Below the pieces are notes generated by a model that did no database searches, was not told where the DNA came from, and saw only the letters and a program-made list of their open reading frames with translations. The position numbers and the translations under genes were made by a program. A stretch of DNA of 64,000 bases from an uncultured Gemmatimonadaceae bacterium (GTDB lineage Bacteria > Gemmatimonadota > Gemmatimonadetes > Gemmatimonadales > Gemmatimonadaceae), in NCBI GenBank assembly GCA_963761305.1, contig CAVXGK010000002.1, forward strand, positions 640,001 through 704,000. The letters are read 5' to 3'. Below, piece by piece: positions 29,876-39,999 of the stretch; the stretch's first letter is position 1; each line of letters begins with the position of its first letter.

Positions 29876-32058
29876 ATGAGCCGATCTGCTATAGTCGTGC
29901 TGACGGCGCTCGCCCTCGCCGCCGGCGCGAATCGGCACGCGGGTGCGCAGGCACTGGCGAAATCGACCATCGCGCCGACGCCCGAGGCGCTCGCCACTCT
30001 GTTCATGAAGACCTTTTCGTCGGGCACGCCCGAGGAATTCGCGGCCATCGACCCCGACTCGGCGGGGCGCGTCTTCATGCGCGAAGCCCGAGGCACGAGG
30101 GCCGCTGAGTTGAGCGAAGTCGTCTGGAAGAGCGGACGGCGCGCGGTCCTGCTCCTCGGTGGAGTGGTGCGCTCCGGCGCGGGCGGCTCGCGGACCGCGT
30201 CGGTCGGATCGAACGAGACGAATGGCGCCCGGCATTTTTCTGGCTTTTACGAGGCGGTGCGATCCGGCGACAGCTGGGCGATTATCCGCCAGATCCCGTT
30301 CGACAGCACCAACTTCATTCGCACCCAGAACTTGTCGGTGGATGTTTTCCCCGCCGACGGTATCGAGGTCGTGGACACGGTCGGCATCGTGGTCGGTGCG
30401 CCGTGGGATTCGGCGTTCGGCTAAACAACGCGCTCCGCCTCCGTGCCGTGAGCGTCGACGGCAAGCCGGCCGACCACGCGTTCGGCGGAGGCGTGCTCTG
30501 GATCAAGACGCAGCAAGCGCGATCGGCACGGCTCGTTCTCGCGTATTCGCTGGCAGCAAGTCGCGTCAACGCCGGCCGCGGGTCCGACACGGTTGCCGCC
30601 GGATCACCGGCGTTCGGCGCATACAACAACACCGACGTGTGGCATCCGTTCTTCGACTATCTGAGTCCGAACGAGTTGGCGCAGATCGACATCACGGTGC
30701 GGATCCCGGCCGAATACTATCTGACAACGACGATCCCTCAGACCGACACGGTGAGAGAGGGAGTGCGGACGGTGTACGGCCGAAGCCTGCACAACGAGTT
30801 CGCGCTCGCCCTGATCTTCGACCGCGACTGGCGGCCGCGGACTACGGATTTCGGAAGCTTTCGCTTCGAGTCGTTCACGTCGCCGACCTTTCGCTATTCG
30901 CACGACTCGCTGGCAGCGGCCACGAAGCGCGTCTATGACCTGCTGCAACCGAGGTTCGGCGAGCCTCAGTTTCCGTCGCGCTACCTGGCGGCCGTGCAAG
31001 ACCGCGCACTCGGCGCCGGAGGATTCAACGTCCGGATGAACAACGCGGCGGTGTCTGGAGCCGGCGGAGGCTCGCTGGGATCTGCGTCGTCGCAAACGTT
31101 CGCGCACGAGACCGGGCACGCATGGACCATGAACGGAACCGGCCTCGCGTCGAATTTTCTTCACGAAGCGTGGGCCACGTTCGTCGAAGGCCTGATGATC
31201 CGTTCGGTGTACGGCGCCGATGCCGATCACACGTTTTGGGAGTCGATGCGGAACGCGTACATGGTCGGCGCCGACCGAGCGGGGTTTGCAGGCGGGTTCG
31301 AGGGCCAGCAGAGCATTCTGGCGAACTACGACAACGGAAGAATTCACTATCGCAAGGGTGTGTGGATTCTGTACTCGGGCAACTACGTCATGGGGGACTC
31401 GGCGTTCAACCGCGGAATGCGGTTGTTCATCGACGGCATGGGGAAGGGCCCGAGTGGTTACGAGGAGCTGATCGCTTCGTGGTCGAAGGCGGCGGGGCAT
31501 GACATGACGTCGTTCGTGATGCCTTGGCTGCGGAGCAAGTACATCCCCGACATCGACGCCCGGGTGGACGGCGCGCGACTGATCGTCACGCAAAGTCAAC
31601 CCGACGAGCTCTTCGATCTCCCGAAGTTCGAAGTCGAGCTGGCGACGGCGTCCGGGGTGATTCGGCGGACGATCCATCTGGCGCATCGAGCCGACACGCT
31701 TTCACTGCAAGACATCGGCGCCGTGACGGCGGTGCACGTCGACCCGGATCATGATTTTCTCATTCAGCGCCACTGGGGTGAGCCGGTCGTTCGATTCGCT
31801 CTGCCGATGTCGGCGGCCTTGGGGGCTTCCAAGGTCTCGCTGAATGGCACCTTCCTCCGCGCGCCGATCCCCGCCACGGCGACGGGCGACGCATGGGTAG
31901 TCGAGTTGCCAATGAGCGAGGGGCGATACACGTGGTTCTGGCAGCCGGCGGGCGGCCCGACGGCTCCTCCGAATGGCGCGGCCGCGGACTCCACGCTCAC
32001 CGGCGTTCGCGTCGTCAAGCCCATCGAGCGAGTCGCTGGCAGTTACCCGGGACGATAG
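29876..32058 (+). CDS. Secreted M1-family metallopeptidase with C-terminal beta-sandwich, frameshifted at ~30405
   Basis: Signal peptide; HETGH plus downstream E (FLHEAWATF); YRKG; one G missing in TGGGA. Confidence 0.78.
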
Positions 32059-32161
32059 GCGCTTCAGAACACCGAGTCCGGGCCGGTGAGCGATCACGAC
32101 GAAGCCACACGGTGCGGCGCACACCCGGCTGGCCGCCCGAGCGCGTCAATCGAACACGGGC

Positions 32162-32407
32162 TCAACGAGCAATCAGTCGCGGCTCACAACACGGGCCTGG
32201 TGGTCGACGAGCGTTGCTCCGGAGCCACGCGAGCACGTCGGCGCGTAGGTAGCGTCGCGTCTTGTGGCCGAGCACGAGGCATGGGATGCCGAAACGCTCA
32301 ACCTGTCGCGGCTTGATCTGAAGCCACGCGGCCACCTGCTGCGTGGTTAGTACGTCGAGATCCGCGTGGCCGCTGGCGCTGTTCGGCGGGGAAGGGCGGC
32401 CGCTCAT
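32162..32407 (-). CDS. Small excisionase/HTH_17-like DNA-binding protein
   Basis: DVLTTQQVAAWLQIKPRQV..GIPCLVLG..RRYLRADVLAWL. Confidence 0.65.
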   Translation of the reverse strand: MSGRPSPPNSASGHADLDVLTTQQVAAWLQIKPRQVERFGIPCLVLGHKTRRYLRADVLAWLRSNARRPPGPCCEPRLIAR

Positions 32408-33054
32408 CGGGTAGGACAGCGGTTTGAGATACCGCTGCGCCACGGCAAGTGTTTTGGCTTTGGCTGATAGCGTGTCGGACCCACGCTAACAAAACGGAAG
32501 GAATTCGCTCGTTCGGACAGCGGTGATGGAGGCTCGCCCCGAGGCCAGTTGACGCGCCCGCAACCGAACCGGTGCGAGCGACGCGCTGAACGCGCGGAGA
32601 CTTGCGCGAATGTCGCGGTGCGCGCCGGCCCCGAGATCCCCCCACCGGAACCCCCGACGGCAGAAAGCCGATTCGCGACTCAGGAGGGACCACGACGCAC
32701 TCACAGTCCAAGTCTGCACTCGAGCAAGCCTGAAGTCGTTGCAGTGCGGCAAGAGGTTAGCTCGTTGGGTCGTCCCCGACTTCCGTCAAATCGCTGAATA
32801 CCAACAGCATGCGCAGAGTGGAGTGGTGCTAATTCGGAACCCGCCGTCCTCATCGCCGCGAAGAGAAACTGTACGCCGCCGAAGTGCGACCCGCGGTTGG
32901 TCCGACGAGGCGACCATTGCGGATGAGGCCCTTCTCTAGGCATCGTGTATCAGGCAACGCGCCGATGCGCTGACCGTTCGATGGTGCGGACGCTGTCTTC
33001 GCACCGCCCCGGCCTTGATGCGTTGGGGATGGAGCCTTGCGGCAGGGGGTGCAC

Positions 33055-34710
33055 ATGGCCGACACGAAAGCGTTGTTTACCCAACGTTTCGATGCAGCGC
33101 GCACAGCACTGGCCGTGGGGGACGAGCTCGGTGCGACCGCAGCGCTCCACTTGGCAATAGTCGCGGCGCGGACCGATTCCAGTCTCCGGCCGGAACTCGC
33201 CACCGCGCTCCTCCAGCTTGGAAAACTCTCGCGGAAGTTCGGCGCGGCAGGCGAATCAGAAGCGGAGCCGCTCCTCACCGAAGCGCTCCTCATCAGCGAA
33301 CGCCTCTACGGAAGAGAACATCGCGGAGTCGCCCCGCTGCTGAACGAATTGAGCCGGCTCCACATCCAGCGCTCGCAGCACGCGCGCGCCGAGGAGGCCC
33401 TCAAGCGTTTGCTCGCGATCGCACGGGCGCAGGGCGAGGAGAATGCCGACGCCGCCATTGCGCTCGCCGGCCTCGCCCTCGTGAAACGCAAGCTCGGCGA
33501 TGAAGCCTCGGCGGAAGCGTTGTACAGAGAGGCGTTGCGGATTCGAGAGAACGTGCTCGAGTCGAATAACATGGTTACCGTCGTCACGCTCGAGCAGCTC
33601 GCGGAAACATGCGTGGCACGCGGCAACGTCGCCGAGGCGGTGACGCTGCTGCGGCGCGCGCTGTCAACGCGTGAGGCCGCACTGGGCCCTGGCCATGCAA
33701 GCGTGCACGCCGCGCGGTCTCGCGTCACCGAGCTGGAACCGAAGACCACCGTCGCGGCCGATGCGGCGGCTGCTGAACCGCAGGGTCGCCCCGCCACCGG
33801 TTCACACGAACGCGCGAAAACGCCGACTGTCACCGTTGCCGCGGGTGTCGCGCGCAATGATGTCGCGAATGACGCGCCTCGAGACTGGCGACCCACAATC
33901 GCGCCGGCGCGGGACGATTCGCCCGAGCCGGCGCGCAAGAGGCGAACGCTCCTGTATTCATCCGTTGGAGTGGCCTCGGTCGCGATGGCCGGCCTGCTGA
34001 TGTTGCGCCCGCGCGCTCGCGGCGGCAGCGACTTCGCGTCCGGGGAGCTCACCGTCGCGCCGCGCGTCACTGCTCCCGTCGCTACGACGCCGTCGACCAT
34101 GATCGCATCGACCGTAGCCGGCGCAACGCGTGGCAACTCTTTCCGATCGAGGAGCGCGGCGACCGCGACCGGCGCCCCGGTTACGCAGGCGGAGCGTCGT
34201 GCTTCGGCGGCCGCTGCATCGGAGCTCCGCTTGCCCCGCATCGATGTTGACGTGTCCCCGGTAAATGTCCCGACGATCGCCGTTCCGAGCATCTCGGCGG
34301 CTCCGAGCATGGACTCCATCGCTCGTCTGGCAACGGAGAGACCGCGAGCGTCCGATACCGACAGGACTGAAACGGGGGAGAAAGTCTCACCTCCGGCGTC
34401 GGCGGACGCGGTTGACGGGGTCACCCCACCCACCATCATCGGGCGGCCGCCGGCGCCGCGCTTCCCCGAGGCGGTGCTTCGCTCCGGAGTCCGCGAAGGA
34501 CAGGTCGTCGTCCGGTTCATGGTGAACGAGCTCGGGAATGTCGACGTCGCGACCATGGTCGTGGAGCAATCGGATCACGAGCTGCTCACGTCCGCCGTGC
34601 GCGACATCCTGCCGCGCTTTCGCTTCGAGCCCGCCCGCACGCGCGCACCGGAATCGAAGCCTGTTGCCGCGTGGGTGACCGTGCCCTTTCGGTTCACGAC
34701 GAAGAGATGA
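33055..34710 (+). CDS. TPR-repeat / TM / TonB C-terminal fusion protein
   Basis: TPRs (AEPLLTEALLISERLYG, AEALYREALRIRE), TM, Pro/Ala linker, PRFPEA..GQVVVRFMVNELG..RFEPA..VPFRF. Confidence 0.8.
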   Translation: MADTKALFTQRFDAARTALAVGDELGATAALHLAIVAARTDSSLRPELATALLQLGKLSRKFGAAGESEAEPLLTEALLISERLYGREHRGVAPLLNELSRLHIQRSQHARAEEALKRLLAIARAQGEENADAAIALAGLALVKRKLGDEASAEALYREALRIRENVLESNNMVTVVTLEQLAETCVARGNVAEAVTLLRRALSTREAALGPGHASVHAARSRVTELEPKTTVAADAAAAEPQGRPATGSHERAKTPTVTVAAGVARNDVANDAPRDWRPTIAPARDDSPEPARKRRTLLYSSVGVASVAMAGLLMLRPRARGGSDFASGELTVAPRVTAPVATTPSTMIASTVAGATRGNSFRSRSAATATGAPVTQAERRASAAAASELRLPRIDVDVSPVNVPTIAVPSISAAPSMDSIARLATERPRASDTDRTETGEKVSPPASADAVDGVTPPTIIGRPPAPRFPEAVLRSGVREGQVVVRFMVNELGNVDVATMVVEQSDHELLTSAVRDILPRFRFEPARTRAPESKPVAAWVTVPFRFTTKR

Positions 34711-34789
34711 GCGGCGAACGGCAGCTGTCGCGCGGTTCATTCGACGTGGTCACCTCGTTTTTTGTGGACAAACGCTTCCGAGCAACAGC

Positions 34790-34931
34790 ATGCACGCAGG
34801 CGCCTCTTACGCGTGGGAGCCTCTGTTCGAGGTGAACACCATCCCGGTGTCAGAGATAGCCATCGAATACTACGCTTCCGCCGCTCACGCGCCGGTCAAG
34901 TACGCAGTTCTCAATTCACAGTGCGGCGTGA
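34790..34931 (+). pseudogene. Fragment resembling the C-terminus of a plug-domain protein
   Basis: PLFEVNTIPVSEIAIEYYASAAHAPVKYAVLNSQCGV; no N-terminus. Confidence 0.45.
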
Positions 34932-35024
34932 AGGAGTCGTTGTTCGGGCCGCTGATGGCCCCGACGGTCTTCGTCACGAGTGGGGCGGTCACGGGTCCGA
35001 TCTGGCAGCCAACGCGTATGGTTC

Positions 35025-35550
35025 CATGCTCGCAGCCTATCCGCGCACGTCCGGCGCGGTCAACGGTTACGGCGTGGCCGGCGCTTTGAGGGCGTCGCCC
35101 CAGCGGAGGTTGCCTAATCAGCTCGATGCTATGATGCTGCTCCAGGCGCGAGTCTTTTGGAGAAATGACATGGCACAGGCTCAACCAGGCGGCGATCCGA
35201 TGACCGCCGTGCGTTTCATGCTGCCGCCTGGAGCCGCCCACGCCCTACTCGAGGAGGCGGTGTTCGCGCGCGCCTGTGACGCTGGGTTTGCCGACCCACG
35301 GCTTGAGTTCGAGGACAGCAATCAGTCCAAGGAAACTCGAATCGCGTGCGGCATCCCGATGGCGCGATTCGTTCTCGCGGAATTGCGGCGCATCAAATCC
35401 CAACGGCAAGACGAACTCGGGATCTCGTTCCATTTGACAGTAGCGGCGATCGTGGTGCGACGTGCGATCGAAGCGCGCGAGCTGCGAACGTAGCGTCGGC
35501 ATGCTCGCATGCCTATCCGCGCGCGGCCGATGGGGTCAACGGCTACGGCG
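35025..35550 (-). repeat. Two ~50-bp imperfect direct repeats (35025-35074, 35500-35550), promoter-like on minus strand
   Basis: catgctcgca-gcctatccgcgc..ggtcaacggttacggcg vs catgctcgcatgcctatccgcgc..ggtcaacggctacggcg. Confidence 0.8.
35170..35493 (+). CDS. Hypothetical protein
   Basis: Protein-like ORF (MTAVRFMLPPGAAHALLEEAVF...) between the two repeats. Confidence 0.45.
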   Translation: MAQAQPGGDPMTAVRFMLPPGAAHALLEEAVFARACDAGFADPRLEFEDSNQSKETRIACGIPMARFVLAELRRIKSQRQDELGISFHLTVAAIVVRRAIEARELRT

Positions 35551-35629
35551 GGGGCAGTCGGTCAGTTTGGCCGTGACCTTAAAGCAGTGTTTGCTAGCGA
35601 AAAATCGCCGGACGCACCAATCTGTCAGG

Positions 35630-35950
35630 GTGAGCGATTACAACCACGCCGCAGAAATCGCGGGCGCGCTTGCAGCGCGCCTCGCCGAAGTCAGCTTCCC
35701 GCTGCCCGCGCCCCTGGAGCGCGAGATTCAGCGGCAAGTGTGCGAGTACGCCGATGAACTCAAGGGGCTCGGCTTGCCGCCCGAACGCGTCATTGTCGCC
35801 GTGAAGCGGGTCGCGAACGAGGCGGGCGTCTCCTCGACCTCGCGCATCGTTCCGTCGCCGACGCTGCTGGAAGGAAAGGACAAGCTGCTCGTCGACATGG
35901 TCGGCTGGTGCATCGAGCGGTACTACTACCGTTCATCACGCGCCGACTAA
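35630..35950 (+). CDS. Small helical hypothetical protein
   Basis: VCEYADELKGLGLPPERVIVAVKRVA..MVGWCIERYY; hairpin follows the stop. Confidence 0.6.
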   Translation: MSDYNHAAEIAGALAARLAEVSFPLPAPLEREIQRQVCEYADELKGLGLPPERVIVAVKRVANEAGVSSTSRIVPSPTLLEGKDKLLVDMVGWCIERYYYRSSRAD

Positions 35951-36170
35951 CTGACCCGCCAGCCACCGGCTTGGCGGGCTGGGTCTCCCACACATATCGC
36001 TGTCGCCGTCACAGGCGAATAGCGAAAACGAAAAACGCCCCGCACGATGAACGGTGCAGTTGGATCGGTGCGCGTTGGCTTGTCGCGTGGCCGACGCGAT
36101 TCTCGTGATAGTCTCCAGATGCTGTAGGTCCCTGACTGACCACCAACCATCTTCGGGTAGGGAACCGCCA

Positions 36171-36365
36171 ATGAACGCACGACGCGACGCCGTATTCGCA
36201 TGCCTCATGCTCGCCGCCCGAACCGCTTCGATGCCGGCGCAGTGTAGCGTGGCGACACTCAATGGGACCTTCGGGTTCTACATCGACGGGTACGCAGCTT
36301 CACACAATCCTGTCGCCGCCGTTGGGATCGCGACCTTTGATGGGAAAGGAACGGGCGCAGATTGA
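36171..36365 (+). pseudogene. Truncated secreted protein
   Basis: Signal peptide, then QCSVATLNGTFGF..AVGIATFDGKG, ending abruptly at the padR promoter. Confidence 0.45.
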
Positions 36366-36377
36366 GTTGGTGATACC

Positions 36378-36417
36378 TTGACCTCCGACAACAGTCGTCG
36401 TAAGCTGTTGTCGAAGG
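36378..36417 (+). promoter_or_regulatory. padR promoter overlapped by an inverted repeat
   Basis: TTGACC-17bp-TAAGCT; IR CCTCCGACAACAG / CTGTTGTCGAAGG. Confidence 0.6.
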
Positions 36418-36442
36418 TTGAGGTAACTCCAATCCGCTCGCC

Positions 36443-36772
36443 ATGACCGAACGCGCTGACCTGCTTCAGGGCACGCTCGACCTCCTCATCCTCAAGAGTC
36501 TCCTCGCCGGCCCGCTCCACGGCTGGGGTGTGTCCAAGCGCATCCGCGATTGGTCGCGCGACGTGCTCCAGATCAACCAGGGCTCGTTGTACCCGGCGCT
36601 CTATCGCCTCGAGGAACGCGGGCTGATTCGCGCCGAGTGGGGCACGTCGGACGAGGGGCGACGAGCGAAGTTCTACACCCTCACGGCGACCGGCCGAAAA
36701 CAGTTCACGGGCGAGCGCGCCGATTGGCGGCGGTTCGCGGCCGCCATCGAAGAAGTGCTCCAGGCGACATGA
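36443..36772 (+). CDS. PadR-family regulator (Acidobacterial type)
   Basis: LLQGTLDLLILKSL..LHGWG..QGSLYPALYRLE..WG..GRRAKFY. Confidence 0.92.
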   Translation: MTERADLLQGTLDLLILKSLLAGPLHGWGVSKRIRDWSRDVLQINQGSLYPALYRLEERGLIRAEWGTSDEGRRAKFYTLTATGRKQFTGERADWRRFAAAIEEVLQAT

Positions 36773-39409
36773 TCCGCTGGCGGACGCTCCAGTCGCTCGT
36801 CCAGCGCTCGACGCGCGAGCGCGAGATGGACGAGGAGATGCGCTTCCACGTCGAGATGGAAGCCGCGGAACTCACGCGTGGCGGCATGCCCCCGGACGAA
36901 GCGCGCCGCGTGGCCGCCGCGACATTCGGCGGTGTCGAGCGGCACAAGGACGACGCCCGCGACGCCATCGGGATACGCCTGCTCGACGACTTGGGACAGG
37001 ACGTTCGTTACGCCCTGCGACAGCTCCGCGTGAGCCCGGGATTTGCCGCGGCGACGATTCTCACGCTCGGACTTGGCGTCGGCGCCACGACCACGATGTA
37101 CACGATCGATCGCGCGATCACCGTCGCGAACGTGGCCGTTCGCGCGTCCCGACGAGCTGGTCCACTTCGCGCAGGGCACGGGTGGCGACTGCAACGCGTG
37201 CTGGCGGCTGGCGAAAGGGAATTACATGACCGTGCGCGACGAATCGCGTACGCTGACCGGCGTGACCCTCGTCGCTGGCTGGAGCGCGATTCTTCGCGGT
37301 CCGGAACACACCGAAATCGTCAGCGGCGCGAAGGTGACGCCGGCGATGTTCGAGATGCTCGGCGTGCCGGCGCTGCTCGGCCGCACGATCGTGACCGCGG
37401 ACAGCGCTGAGGGCCGCCGCAACGCGGTCGTCGTGAGCGAGGTGCTCTGGCGCACGCGTTTTGGTGCCGATTCCAACATCGTCGGCTCGACGATCGTCCT
37501 CGACGCCATTCCACGGACAATCGTCGGCGTCATCTCGGCACGATACACGTTTCCCCATGACGTGATGGTGTGGGCGCCGAGGATTCTCGGGCCTGCCGAT
37601 GCGAGCGACCGTTCGTGGACGAACGACGACGCCATCGGCCGTTTGCGCCCGGGTGTGACAATGGCGCAAGCGCGTGTCGAGCTGGCGACGATCGCCGCAC
37701 GTCTCGGCATCGAGTATCCGGCGGCGATGAAGCACTGGACGATCGACGCGATGCCGTTCAGGGATTGGTTGGCGCCGGGCCACAACGACAAGACCGCCAA
37801 TTTACTCTTTGCCGCCGTCGGGCTCGTGCTGCTCATCGCGTGCACCAACCTCGCCGGATTGCTGCTGGCACGACTCACCGCGCGACAGAAGGAGATTGCC
37901 GTTCGCGCGGCCATGGGCGCGAGCGCGGCGCGAATCGCCCGGCAACTACTCACGGAAACGGTACTCGTGACGCTGATCGCCGGAGCCGTGGGCGCCGGTG
38001 TCGCCGCCGCGGCGACGCATCTCATTCGCGATGGGATGCCCGACTTCGTCATCGAGCAACTTCCCAACTGGGGCTCGATGGGAATCGACGTCACGGCGCT
38101 GCTCGTCGCGCTTGGGACGGGCGCCATCACGGGTTTCATCATCGGGCTGTGGCCTGCGTGGCAGTTCGGACGGCCAGCCCTGGTGAATGTGCTCAAAGAC
38201 GGCGCGCGGACCGCTACGTCGGGACGTCCCTCGAGGACGCGGCGCGGCCTCGTCATCGCCGAAGTTGCTTTCGCCATCGTGCTGCTCGCAGCGGCAGGGC
38301 TTCTCACACGGACGCTGCGCAATCTTCACGCGGTGCATCCGGGATTCCGCGCCGACCACGTGCTCGCGTTTCGCATTACCGGGCCGCCGCGGGTCCCGGG
38401 TGACAGCCTGCCGCTGGATTCCCTCAAGTTCGATCGGCTCTCCTCAATGATCGACGCGGTTCCCGGCGTCATCCGCGCCGCCGCCGTTTTCGGTGCGCCG
38501 TACACGCACTCCGCGAGCACCAATGGATTCGGCATTCGGGGCACGGAGTCAGACCGTCCCGGGCACGGCTACAGCGTGCGCATGATCCCCGCCAGCGCGG
38601 ACTACTTCGAAACGCTCGAGATCCCGATCGTGCGGGGAAGAGCGTTCACATCGAATGACCGCTCGGGCACGGCGCCCGTCGCCATCGTCGACCAGACGGT
38701 CGCGCGGCGTTTCTTCGCCACCCAGGATCCGATCGGCCGCTTCATCCATATCGACGGCGTTTACTGGCAAATCGTCGGCATCGCCTCGGACACGCGCTAC
38801 GACACGCGCGATCGGAAGGTCGCGATGTACCCAGGCGAGGTCTATCGCCCGATGGCGCAGTGGCCGTGGCGCCAAGCGCAGTTCGTCGTGAGGGCGAAAG
38901 GCAACCCCCTCGACGTCGCGCCCGCCGTCGCGCGAATCGTTCATGATTTCGACCCCGACCTCGCCCTCACTCGCGTTCAAACGATGGAGTCGGTGATCGA
39001 TGAAGACGTAGCGCCGGACCGCATGATCTCGGGAATGATGCTCGGCTTCGCGATCGCCGCCGTGATCATCGCCGCCATCGGGCTGTACGGCTTGATCAGC
39101 TACGGCGTCGCCCAGCGCGTTCGCGAGTTCGGCATTCGCCGCGCGCTTGGTGCGGAGTCGTCGGCGCTGCTCTCGCTCGTACTCGGGCAGGGGCTTCGTC
39201 TCGCGGCCTTGGGATCGCTACTGGGTCTCGCCGGCGCGTTGGCCACGACGCGACTCATGGGCGCGCTGCTCTACGGCGTTTCGCCGATGGATCCCGTCAC
39301 GCTCGTCGCCGTGGTGGCCGCGATGTGCCTCGTTGGATTGGCGGCGGCGTTCATACCGGCGCGCCGGGCCAGCATCGCCGATCCGATGGAGTCGTTGCGC
39401 GAGGAGTGA
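36769..39409 (+). CDS. ADOP-type duplicated ABC permease (MacB/FtsX x2), frameshifted at ~37121
   Basis: EMDEEMRFHVEME prefix, QDVRYALRQL, LLIACTNLAGLLLAR, REFGIRRALGA, DPMESLREE; coupled to padR. Confidence 0.88.
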
Positions 39410-39703
39410 CGCGAGGGGCCCGGTTTCGTCTCAACGTTCACACGATCAATAGTGAACTCCGACTTCGGTGACTCGAGCCTCTCTACTTATTACTTATCCG
39501 CCGACCGCGGTTTCGGGGTATCCCCTAACCGTCGTGAACAGTTATAAGCGTCAGCCGAGCGTCATCGCGGCGTATAAAGTCGTTCAATTGAAGGTTTAGA
39601 AGATCATGGGCCCGCGAGAATGACGCCTCGATCGCCGGCGGCGGCTCGGCGATGCGGGCAGTTAAGTCCGTCTGGCGACGGATAACGTCGGGCAGAAACT
39701 AAG

Positions 39704-39766
39704 CTCTCCTAGATCGACTAGGCGAAGATCCGCAGCACTCGACTTTGCCTAAATCGTCTAGGAGAG
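39704..39766. repeat. Inverted repeat of two 24-bp arms, each with an internal CCTA-N7-TAGG dyad
   Basis: CTCTCCTAGATCGACTAGGCGAAG ... CTTTGCCTAAATCGTCTAGGAGAG. Confidence 0.7.
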
Positions 39767-39830
39767 AGCGCCCGCGAATCGCCGAACTTCGCCGTCTTGT
39801 GGGCCCGGCTGCCAGCAAGAATGGGTCACT

Positions 39831-39929
39831 ATGACCGGCCTCGGCGTGGTAAAGTTCTTCAATGAGGCTTTTACAGCCGGCAAAATTTGCCCTGCCCCAA
39901 AACGCGATCCGGCGATAAGACATAAGTAG
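39831..39929 (+). pseudogene. Possible cold-shock protein N-terminal remnant
   Basis: MTGLGVVKFFNEA matches the CSD start G.VK[WF]FN; KGFGF and the rest are absent. Confidence 0.35.
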
Positions 39930-39999
39930 AGAGGCGCGTGTCGCGAAGTTCTCGCCCGCCTCCCGGCGCAGCAGCGCGAACGGCCATGCCTCACCCGTT

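Noticed and set aside
32680..32840. SAM-I riboswitch (GGAGGGAC ... GGTGCTAATTC)
   Set aside because: Motifs are too far apart, P1 and GCAACC elements are missing, and no sulfur metabolism gene follows
32825..32853. attR copy of the tmRNA 3' end
   Set aside because: Only loose resemblance (AATTCGGAACCCGCCGTCCTCA), not distinguishable from chance
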